A stretch of DNA of 19,041 nt from Octopus sinensis. Lineage: Eukaryota. The DNA lies in assembly GCF_006345805.1 (NCBI RefSeq), contig NW_021824461.1:1-19041 (forward strand), given 5' to 3'. Position numbers and translations under genes: made by a program. The notes below the pieces were generated by a model. That model was not told where the DNA came from and ran no database searches. It saw only the letters and a list, made by a program, of their open reading frames with translations. This document shows, piece after piece, positions 9,801-19,041 of this stretch (positions are counted from its first letter, which is position 1; each line of letters begins with the position of its first letter).

Positions 9801-11584
9801 CCTACGTCCTGGTTTTGTTTTTTGTTTATTTTTTATTTTCACCGTTATTGTTTTTACGTTTTTGTATTCTATTGGTTGTGTCACGTATTCTGTATTTTTG
9901 TTTGTGTACTTCGATCGTTTTCCGTCCTTTCGTTGTATACATTCGAAGCTTTGGGCTGGCCATATCGGAGCAATCTCAAGATTAATCAGCCGAAATTGCT
10001 AAGATGATCTGGTTCTTGACTGATGACTGAGGGCTTCGAATGTCCCGTCCTGTGGTTCTTGTGTCGTCTCTGTGGTGTTTCATGTTCTTGTCCATGTCTG
10101 TATTTAATTTTACTGTTTACCTATATAATCGGCGGCTACGTATCCACAATTGTCCTTATACGATAAGTATATTTTTTTCTCAAGCTTTGATACGACTTAA
10201 TCTGTCTCTTTTTCTCTCTCTCTCCCTCCTCCCTATTCCACTTCCGTTCTTTCCCTCTCCATCCGTCCCCCCCCCCTTTCTACGTTTCTCTATCTCTCTC
10301 ACCTCCACCCCTCGATCTGCTCTTTCTTCTCCTCCCTCGTCCACCTTCTCTCCCTTTTCATCTGTCCCTTTCTCTGTCTTTTGTTCTCACGTGACAGCTA
10401 GCCGCTGTTGAGCGCTCTTTTCGTTTTCAGCAGCCTCAGAAGCAACACGGATTTGTTCGTCTCCCCGTGGCCTTTAGGCACAACTTCACAAGCCAGCCCC
10501 TACTCAAATCGTCCTGTCGAAAGACCCTTGTCCTACGTCCTGGTTTTGTTTTGTTGTTTATTTTTTATTTTACACGTTATTGTTTTTACGTTTTTGTATT
10601 CTTATTGGTGTCACGTATTCTGTATTTTTTTTGTGTACTTCGATCGTTTTCCGTCCTTTCGTTGTATACATTCGAAGCTTTGGGCTGGCCATATCGGAGA
10701 GCAATCTCAAGATTAATCAGCCGAAATTGCTAAGATGATCTGGTTCTTGACTGATGACTGAGGGCTTCGAAGTCCCGTCTGTGGTTCTTGTGTCGTCTCT
10801 GTGGTGTTTCATGTTCTTGTCCATGTCTGTATTTAATTTTACTGTTTACCTATATAATCGGCGGCTACGTATCCACAATTGTCCTTATACGATAAGTATA
10901 TTTTTTTCTCAAGCTTTGATACGACTCTTAATCTGTCTCTTTTTCTCTCTCTCTCCTCCTCCCTTATTCCATCCGTTCTTTCCCTCTCCATCCGTCCCCC
11001 CCCCCTTTCTACGTTTCTTATCTCTCTCACCTCCAGCCCCCTCGATCTGTCTCTTCTTCTCCTCCCTCGTCGTCCACCTTCTCTCCCTTTTCATCTGTCC
11101 TTTTCCTGTCTTTTGTTCTCACGTGACAGCTAGCCGCTGTTGAGCGCTCTTTTCGTTTTCAGCAGCCTCAGAAGCAACACGGATTTGTTCGTCTCCCCGT
11201 GGCCTTTAGGCACAACTTCACAAGCCAGCCCCTACTCAAATCGTCCTGTCGAAAGACCCTTGTCCTACGTCCTGGTTTTGTTTTGTTGTTTATTTTTTAT
11301 TTTCACCGTTATTGTTTTTACGTTTTTGTATTCTTATTGGTGTCACGTATTCTGTATTTTTGTTTGTGTACTTCGATCGTTTTCCGTCCTTTCGTTGTAC
11401 ATTCGAAGCTTTGGGCTGGCCATATCGGAGCAATCTCAAGATTAATCAGCCGAAATGCTAAGATGATCTGGTTCTTGACTGATGACTGAGGGCTTCGAAT
11501 GTCCCGTCCTGTGGTTCTTGTGTCGTCTCTGGGTGTTTCATGTTCTTGTCCATGTCTGTATTTATTTTACTGTTTACCTATATA
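6851..11584 (+). repeat. Head-to-tail tandem array of a ~734-bp non-coding unit, 6.45 copies
   Basis: The marker aagacccttg starts at 6851, 7587, 8322, 9055, 9790, 10521 and 11253 (spacings 736, 735, 733, 735, 731, 732); the last partial unit is ~330 bp. Copies differ mostly by 1-4 nt indels. Both ends abut TA-rich microsatellite. Confidence 0.97.
7028..7097 (+). ncRNA. Candidate permuted hammerhead-like ribozyme motif (first of 7 copies in the array)
   Basis: Stem III agcaaT (7028-7033) / Attgct (7054-7059); H17 = C7034; stem I tcaaga (7035-7040) / tcttga (7077-7082) directly before CTGATGA (7083-7089); GAAA 7051-7054. Stem II is only 4 bp and off-register. Flanked by a perfect 10-bp stem cattcgaagc (6999-7008) / gcttcgaatg (7096-7105). 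Confidence 0.5.
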
Positions 11585-11700
11585 TTATATATATACATAT
11601 ACATATACATACATACATACATACATATATATACATATATATACATACATAAATGTGTGTATGTATGTATGTATGTATGTATGTATGTATGTGTGTGTGG
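11585..11700. repeat. (TA)n/(TACA)n/(TATG)n microsatellite, right flank of the array
   Basis: Directly visible. Confidence 0.93.
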
Positions 11701-12185
11701 AATTGTGACAAAGCCGGTTGTTCAGTTTAATATAGGCCAAACCATCGATTTTCCGGCTCCTTTGGTTCCAGAGCCATTCCATATCACGGATTTTTCCACA
11801 CCACCTTAATCAACATTCTACAAATTAATCAAACACCAAATTCACAAAAATATCTAAATCAAGAACTGCTATCTGCACATTAATATAAATGCTACAAGTT
11901 TATTAATACTGTGCAGTGCAACATAGCAGTAAACTAGTCTGGCGGCCATAGGAATTTGAAGTTCCTTCTCGGAAATCGGTGTGAAACATAAGAGCTTCCG
12001 GCCATCAGTATCCGGAAAATCGGAGTTGTCGTAATCATTCCAGTTGAGTTGATGCTTCTGTCGTGGTGTATTGATAGTGCTACAGGCTGTAAGCCTCTTA
12101 TGCTGAAGAGGACGGTAGCTTGGCTTCCGTACTGAAGATCTTATCTGTGGACTGATGTGGCGAAGAAAAGCATTGTCGAGTCTCG

Positions 12186-13041
12186 TTATTTTCTACTCTA
12201 GGCATAAGGCCAGCTCGTCACCATAATTGTCGACTCTTATTCTTTTCTACTCTAGGCACAAGACCCGAAATTTTGGGGGTGGGGTCCAGTCGATTAGATC
12301 GATCCAGGTACGCAACTGGTACTTAATTTAATCGACCCCGAAAGGATGAAAGGCAAAGTCGACCTCGGCGGAATTTGAACTCAGAACGTTAAGACAGACG
12401 AAATACCTATTTCTTTACAACCCACAAGGGGCCAAACACAGAGGGGACAAACAAGGACAGACAAACGGATTAAGTCGATTACATCGACCCCAGTGCGTAA
12501 CTGGTACTTAATTTATCGACCCCGAAGAGATGAAAGGCAAAGTCGACCTCGGCGGAATTTGAACTCAGAACGTTAAGACAGACGAAATACCGCTAAGCAT
12601 TTCGCGTGGCGTGATAACGTTTCTTATTTCTTTATTGCCCACAAGGGGCTAAACATAGAGGGGACAAACAATGACAGACAAAGGGATTAAGTCGATTACA
12701 TCGACCTCAGTGCGTAACTGGTACTTAATTTATCGATCCCGAAAGGATGAAGTGCAAAGTCGACCTCGGTGGAATTTGAACTCAGAACGTAGCGACAGGC
12801 GAAATACCTATTTCTTTACTACCCACAAGGGGCTAGACACAGAGGGGACAAACAAGGACAGAAAAACGGATTAAGTCGATTTTATCGACTCCAGTGCGTA
12901 ACTGGTACTTATTTAATCGACCCCGAAAGGATGAAAGGCAAAGTCGACCTCTGCAGAATTTGAACTCAGAACGTAACGGCAGACGAAATATGGCTACGCA
13001 TTTCGCCCGGCGTGCTAACGATTCTGCCAGCTCGCCGCCTT
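12186..13041 (-). mobile_element. Stack of four ~200-bp copies of a tRNA-derived SINE (family D) plus an extra tail fragment
   Basis: Rightmost copy has an intact head (A box tggcagaatcg, complement of 13019-13029; B box gagttcaaattc, complement of 12956-12967). The shared body atcgaccccgaaaggatgaaaggcaaagtcgacctcggcggaatttgaactcagaacg occurs four times; junctions at ~12408, ~12625 and ~12809. Confidence 0.8.
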
Positions 13042-13070
13042 AACTGTTTAGTCTTATGAAAGGAATGAAG

Positions 13071-13334
13071 CAGTGATTCTCGACCATTTTTGGCCCCTAT
13101 TGACCACCTTTCATTCCTATTTATCTCTACTGGACCTCTATAGCTATTTGATGTATATATATTAAAAGATCCTGCTGTATTTTTAAAATTAATTATTATT
13201 AGGAATTTTATAGAAAAAAAAGTTAAAATACTTTGTGTATTGCCGAAGTTTAACGAATTTATTGCAGATAAATTTGAACAAGAAAATTTTATGTAGGCCC
13301 CAAGAACCATATGGACCCCGGTCAAGAACCACTG
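13071..13334. mobile_element. hAT-type MITE (~265 bp)
   Basis: 15-bp TIRs cagtgattctcgacc (13071-13085) / ggtcaagaaccactg (13320-13334), 13/15 matching; 8-bp flanks gaatgaag and gtctaaag match at 5/8. Confidence 0.65.
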
Positions 13335-13427
13335 GTCTAAAGGAATGTTTTCATTCTCGTGAATGCGGGAACTCTGCGGTGAACTCTGTCCGTACTTATG
13401 TTATGGAGTTAAACCTATGGTTTAGTG

Positions 13428-13986
13428 CTGTGGTTCTCAGCGGGGGCCCATATATGATTTTTGAGGGTCCACGCAACAAAATAGTAAATTAGGGATCCAC
13501 AATAATGTTTTAAGGGCCCCTGAAAAAATTTTGCATTAGATGTATGTATTGGTGTGTATAGAAAGAAACAGCTGGGTTTCATTTTCTAACATTTTACGAA
13601 GTTCCACCTACACAAGTCAATGGGTGGAAAACAAAATAGGGAATTTTAAAGAAGTATCGATAAGACTAGTTTGCAAACATCGGATAGATATGGGGGTCCA
13701 CCAGAATAAAGTAGTAATCAAAGGGGTCCATAGATGAGAAATGGTTGAGAACCCCTACTTTAGATGCATGTATTGGTATGTATTGCACGAAACAGCTGGG
13801 TTTCTTTCTCTAACATCTGACATTGTTCAACCTGCAGAAGTTAATTTGTGGAAAACAAAATAGGAATTTGGAAAGAAGTTTCTATGAAACTAGTTTTTAA
13901 GCATCGACTGGCTATGAGGGTCCACCAGAATAAAATAGTAATCAAAGGGGTCCATAGATAAAAAAAAAAATGGTTGAAATCCCCAT
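13428..13986. mobile_element. hAT-type MITE with a duplicated right half (one left end, two right ends)
   Basis: Left end ctgtggttctcagc (13428); right ends ggttgagaacccct (13743-13756) and ggttgaaatcccc (13972-13984). Segment ~13536-13757 is repeated in diverged form at ~13760-13986. Identical 8-mer gtttagtg at 13420-13427 and 13987-13994. Confidence 0.68.
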
Positions 13987-14367
13987 GTTTAGTGAGACAG
14001 AGGCCGAAAAGATCAAATACGGGAGCTTTAAATCACAGAATTCATAGAACCGTATAACACAGACCTTCTGTCACCAATGTAGATGGAATATGAGAAATAG
14101 GGACAAATGAAAACGAGCCGATATCCTCTCAAAACGAATCGGAAGTTTCGCGAAATATAGCTCACGAGATTCTCCATTACATTACTCAATCTTTAGCAAA
14201 GTGGTCGGGAAACAACGGCTCGAAATGACAACACAGGTGATGCAGCGCAAGGTCAGAAGATGCACTTTAGTCCCCAGGAGAGAGGAAAAATGAACTGTTA
14301 TGGATGGATTACTATTGTTAATGGTTCATCCCTGTTATATAATACTTTCACTTTAATAGTTTCAGTT

Positions 14368-14622
14368 TTAAAGTGAAAGTGTCTGCATTACAAAAGAGAG
14401 ATGTTTTTGTTTCACTTTTAACACGTAATATTGAAATAGCGGAGAAGATATGATATTGCTGTGGGGTCGCCCTAGGGAAAAAGTTAAGATTTTTTTGCCG
14501 ATGACACTCCCCGGACCTTGAGAAAGGCATGTGTAAAATTTGAATGAAATTGGTTGTGTAGTTCTCAAGTTTTAGGGAAACACACAGACAGACACACATT
14601 CTCAGTTTTATATATAGAGAGC
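14368..14622 (-). mobile_element. 3'-truncated Helitron 5' end, inverted partner of 14635-14906
   Basis: Reverse complement aligns with 14635-14906, including the ctctctatatataaaactgagaat start and the GTCT tract. No CTAG/hairpin end found to the left. Confidence 0.7.
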
Positions 14623-14634
14623 TATACACATATA

Positions 14635-15686
14635 TCTCTCTATATATAAAACTGAGAATATGTGTCTGTCTGTCTGTCTGTCTGTCTGTGTGTTTCCCTA
14701 AAACTTGAGAACTACACAACCAATTTCATTCAAATTTTACACATGCCTTACTTAGGGTCCATGTAGTTTCATGGGCAAAAAAATGTTCAACTTCTTGCCT
14801 AGAGCGAGCCCATAGCAATATCATATCTTCTCCACTATTTCAGTATTACGTGTTAAAAGTGAAACAAAAACATTTCTCTATTTTATGTCAGATATTTTCA
14901 CTTTAACAATACAAATAATAATAACAATTGAATTATATGTAGTAAGTAATAATTAAAATCAAACTAAAGTATAATATAATCGTGACATAACAAAATTAAA
15001 AATAGCAATTGGTATAAAATTGCATCAATGACTTGAACTTGAATAAGTGGTTTCACATGAATGGGAATAAATTGAAAATAAAATTAGTGTGCAGAAATGG
15101 AATAGTCCAGATGGATAATAAAATATTAAATTAAAGTAAAGACTATTGTCTATAAAGTATACAATGTAGAGAAAAAAAGATTTGAACACCTGAAGGAAAG
15201 CACCTTCGAAAAGTGTCTTGGTGCGACTATGAAAGATATCTAACCAGAGGCGGTAAATTCGCCACAATAGAAGCAAGGTACGAGTCAACGGAGCGTGCAA
15301 GGGAGTACTCGACTCGAACTTGCAAACTGGAAATATTTTATTTTTACCTTTATATCTGGGACGTAGGACGTCCCGGAAAAAAAATTTTAAATGAACCCAC
15401 CCCCACCCCCAGAAGTAGAGGTAGGCTGGATTGTAGCCACACTTCTATACAAGAGGGAGGACAAGATACAATTGATCGAAATTACAAGAGACGGGCTAAC
15501 AATTCCAGTCTGTTATATATTTTGAGTATTGTTATCACTAGCGATATCAAGATATAACTTTGTATTTTGTATTTTATGTGTAGATATATATATATATATA
15601 GATGTACATGTAATATGTACACTTATATATACACATATATACATGCACTAACACTATGACCCGGCAACGACGGGTCATAATGCTAG
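14635..15686 (+). mobile_element. Non-autonomous Helitron (~1.05 kb) with both termini
   Basis: A|TC start at 14635, (GTCT)n after the 5' end, perfect 9-bp hairpin tatgacccg (15655-15663) / cgggtcata (15671-15679), then CTAG (15683-15686) followed by T. That the two ends belong to one element is inferred. Confidence 0.78.
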
Positions 15687-15723
15687 TATATATATAAATA
15701 TATATGTGTATATGTATAATACA

Positions 15724-15757
<34 letters not shown>

Positions 15758-15759
<2 letters not shown>

Positions 15760-15857
15760 ACAGTAGGAGACACCTACTCAGGGCGTCACGTAGTGAGATT
15801 GAACACTGAATCATGAGGCTGAAGTAGCAAGCTTCTTACCACACAGCCATGCCTGCG
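15758..15857 (-). mobile_element. Diverged head fragment of SINE family B
   Basis: Reverse complement gcaggcatggctgtgtggtaagaagcttgct...gattcagtgttcaatctcactacgtgacg aligns with the head of 4036-4140. Confidence 0.6.
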
Positions 15858-16039
15858 GCGGCTGAGCCAAAGCCTGACAGCGCTTCCGACACACACACAC
15901 ACACACACACAGAGGATATTATTACTATCGTGCAATTACCTATACAAATACAAATACACTTTATTAATAATCAGAAGCATTTGTTCGCGATTCACTAACA
16001 CACATAAATACGCTAACAAGCGCACACACGTACACGAAC

Positions 16040-16182
16040 ACACATACCGCCCATACTTTCATATATGCATAAATGCGTACGTACTTGTATTTTCACACAC
16101 ACACGCATTTACATATACATTCACATACACATACATACATACATGCACATACATACATACATACATACTGACAGACAGACAG

Positions 16183-16230
<48 letters not shown>
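16040..16230. repeat. CA/TACA/GACA/GA compound microsatellite
   Basis: Directly visible. Confidence 0.9.
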
Positions 16231-16231
<1 letters not shown>

Positions 16232-16242
16232 TGCATACGCAT

Positions 16243-16539
16243 TGTAAGCCTAGTAATTATTCTATCGGTCTCTTTTGGCGAACCGCTAAGTTACGGGGAC
16301 TTAAACACACCAGCATCGGTTGTCAAGCGATGTTGGAGGGACAAACACACAAACACATACACACACATATATACATACATATATACGAGGGGTTTCTCTC
16401 AGTTTCCGTCTACCAAATCCGCTCACAAGGCTTTGGTCGGCCCGCGGCTGTAGTAGAAGACACCTGCCTAAGTTGCCACGCAGTGGGACTGAACCCGGAA
16501 CCGTGTGGTTGGTAAGCAAGCTACTTACCACACAGCCAC
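16243..16539 (-). mobile_element. tRNA-derived SINE, family B, with a longer 3' part than the 4036 copy
   Basis: Reverse complement aligns with 4036-4280 over head, body and internal GT tract, and continues through ccgtaacttagcggttcgccaaaagagaccgatagaataa. Confidence 0.8.
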
Positions 16540-16599
16540 ACACATGCTTTCCTAACGCATGTTTGAAAAGAAACTGAAAAGCCAGGCATTAGCAAAATA

Positions 16600-17746
16600 A
16601 ACTAGGAAAATGCGAGCGTGCGTGTGTGCGTGCTCGTGTGTACGTGTGTGAGTGCATGCGCGCGTGCGTGTATGTATGTGTAATTGCGTGAGTGCGTGTA
16701 TGTGTAATTGCGTGAGTGCGTGTGTGCGTGCGTGCGTGCGTGCGTGCGTGTGTGCGTGTGTGTCATTTGAGCTCTGTATGTGCATAAGAGTGCGTTTCTG
16801 TGTTGTTTATATGTGTGTACATGTAAGTTCCGTGTGCGTAAGTGCGCGCGCGCGTACCGGAGTATGTGGTTGTGTATGTGTGTGCTATGTTGTGTGTGAG
16901 TGTGCTTTAGTGTGTGTGTGTGTGTGTGCGTGCGTGTTGTGTATGTAAATATGAGTTTGTACGTGTGTGTTTGCATGTGTGTATCTGTACATATGAGCTC
17001 TTGTGTGTGTGCAAGTGTGTGTGTGCGTGCGTGTTGTGTATGTAAATATGAGTTTGTACGTGTGTGAATGTATGTGTGTGTGCAAGTGTGTGTGTGCATG
17101 CGTATTTTTTATTTATATAAGACAAATTGAGTCAAGTGTGTGCCTGTATATGTGGTGCGTGTGTGTCTGTGAGTGCGCGCGTGCGTTTGTTTGTGTGTGC
17201 GTGTGTCTGTGTGTGTGTGTGTGCGTGTGTGTGTGTGTGTGTTTGTGTGTGTGTATGTGTTTATATATAAGTCTGTATGTGTTTATGTATGCTTAAAATT
17301 GTATCGTGGTGTGTTTGTTTACGTTTATTGTACGAGTATGAGTGAATGCGTGTGTGCGTGTTTACGCATGTGCGTGCGTGCGTCTGTCCGCGCACGCCTC
17401 AGAGTGTATGTACGCGGATGTGTATATATACGTGTATATATATATATATATATAATATATATATATATACACGTATGTGCATATCTATCTCTATATAAAT
17501 ATATATATATATATATGTATGTGTGTTTGTATGCTTCTATATGTTTCTCTCTTGTGCTGTGTGTGTATGTGTTTATATATAAGTCTGTATGTGTTTATGT
17601 ATGCTTAAAATTGTATCGTGGTGTGTTTGTTTACGTTTATTGTACGAGTATGAGTGAATGCGTGTGTGCGTGTTTACGCATGTGCGTGCGTGCGTCTGTC
17701 CGCGCACGCCTCAGAGTGTATGTACGCGGATGTGTATATATACGTG

Positions 17747-17798
<52 letters not shown>

Positions 17799-17946
17799 TA
17801 TATAATATATACACGTATGTGCATATCTATCTCTATATAAATATATTATATATATATGTATGTGTGTTTGTATGCTTCTATATGTTTCTCTCTTGTGCTG
17901 TGTGTGTATGTGTGCGCGTGTGTCCGTGCACGCCCCTGTGTATATG

Positions 17947-17981
<35 letters not shown>

Positions 17982-17990
17982 ATCAAACTA
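16600..17990. repeat. GT/GCGT/TA low-complexity region with local duplications
   Basis: Directly visible; includes a ~97-bp period repeat (gtatgtaaatatgagtttgtacg at 16941 and 17038) and the ~312-bp duplication listed next. Confidence 0.9.
17249..17912 (+). repeat. Near-identical tandem duplication, 2 copies of ~312-345 bp
   Basis: ttatatataagtctg starts at 17261 and 17573; the copies differ mainly in the length of the internal (TA)n tract. Confidence 0.9.
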
Positions 17991-18049
17991 TGTCACTGCT
18001 TGTGTTCGTGTGTGCGTGTTATCGTAAAACTCCGGTGACTTTCGCTTTA

Positions 18050-18636
18050 CTTCTAACTCTCACTTTCCCTCCTTCCCTCCCCCTCTCTCTCTCTCTTTAA
18101 TCTATCCCTCATTCTACCCCTCCCACCGGCTTCTCTTTCTCACATACACTTTAATCTCTCTCTGTCTCTCTCTCTATCTATCATCTATCTGTCCCTCTTT
18201 CCCTCTCTATCTATCTCTCTTTCACTTGAATAAATCGTCATTTGGTTATTTCGTTTGTCAGTCGAGTTCCTGGTGAATAGAAGACAGAGAGAGAGAGAGA
18301 GAGAGAGAGAAGCCACAGTCAAGACGGTGACGGAGAGAGAGAGAGGAGCCTGTCAAATGAACTCCGACAATCAGGCAGCCAGGCACACACACACATAACG
18401 CACACACATATTTATATATCTACAGACATCTATAAACACACATATATATATGCACACACATACACATCCCTCAGAAACATAACATTCTACACCGAGAAGC
18501 TACGCTAGAAACATCTTTCGGTGGTTTTTTTTATACATTATACATACATAAACACACACACACAGAGATATATATATACATATATATAACTACATACATA
18601 TATATTTATACCTATCAATATATATACATATATCAA

Positions 18637-18699
<63 letters not shown>

Positions 18700-18950
18700 T
18701 TATCGATATATATATATATATAAAAACACATATATACACATATACATTCATACACACACACACATATATACACACATAAATATATACTCACATATATACG
18801 TATATACACAGACAAATATATGTATGGTTTATGTAAACATACATATATATCGATAAATACTTAAATACACGCATACACACAGCAATACTCAAACACACAC
18901 ACACACACACACGCGTGTATATATACATATATTTAACTAAATATGTATAT
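18050..18950. repeat. CT/GA, GATA, TA and CA low-complexity tracts with short unique islands
   Basis: Directly visible. Confidence 0.85.
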
Positions 18951-18967
18951 ACAGTTTTTGTTTTCAG

Positions 18968-19041
18968 TCGATTTGGGATTACGCTTTACCTTCAACTCCA
19001 AAGAACTCGGAGAACTTACGGAATAATAACAATACAAGACA
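18968..19041 (+). other. Possible exon start after a 3' splice site, running off the window
   Basis: gtttttgttttcAG (AG at 18966-18967) with a ctaa branch-like motif near 18936, followed by an abrupt switch to complex sequence; two of three frames are open to the edge. No protein recognised. Confidence 0.3.

Noticed and set aside
7135-11489. Repeated ORFs in the array (MSALFVFSSLRSN..., MAFRHNFTSQPLLK..., MSLYDKY...) as a multicopy gene
   Set aside because: Frames change between copies with each indel, composition is F/L/S-biased from T-rich DNA, and no domain is recognisable.
6851-11584. CRISPR array or rDNA/5S-type gene array
   Set aside because: No short repeats with unique spacers, since whole units are near-identical; no rRNA, tRNA or snRNA sequence recognised.
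11540-11809. ORF ending VTKPVVQFNIGQTIDFPAPLVPEPFHITDFSTPP
   Set aside because: Two thirds is array end and microsatellite; the remainder is short, unrecognised and without clear splice sites.
14000-14340. Complex sequence left of the Helitron palindrome as coding or Helitron interior
   Set aside because: Stops in the frames examined, no recognisable motif, and no match to the right-hand Helitron interior.
735-17947. Dozens of ORFs rich in MYVC, HTYI, CVCV or YIYI
   Set aside because: They are translations of TACA, TG and TA microsatellites, which lack stop codons in several frames; no protein motifs.

Overview
Repeat-saturated, AT-rich eukaryotic non-genic DNA with no confidently supported host gene. 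The SINE families and the mass of TACA/CA/TA microsatellites look like an octopus (coleoid cephalopod) genome; this is recognition from memory, not a database check. Contents: a Penelope-like element (PLE) reverse-transcriptase fragment running off the left edge (1-219, minus, absent from the ORF track), a decayed near-full-length mariner (1116-2316), three non-autonomous Helitron pieces (two form a head-to-head palindrome), four tRNA-derived SINE families, Tc1- and hAT-type MITEs, and a 6.45-copy tandem array of a ~734-bp non-coding unit (6851-11584). The best lead is that each array unit carries all three strands of a hammerhead ribozyme core (stem III-UH-stem I; GAAA; CUGAUGA) in an order that is not type I, II or III. 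An unrelated-sequence element at ~2325-2820 shows the same permuted order with different paired bases. This suggests a pseudoknotted or inter-unit hammerhead in a PLE/retrozyme-like family. Each example has one register imperfection and activity is untested.
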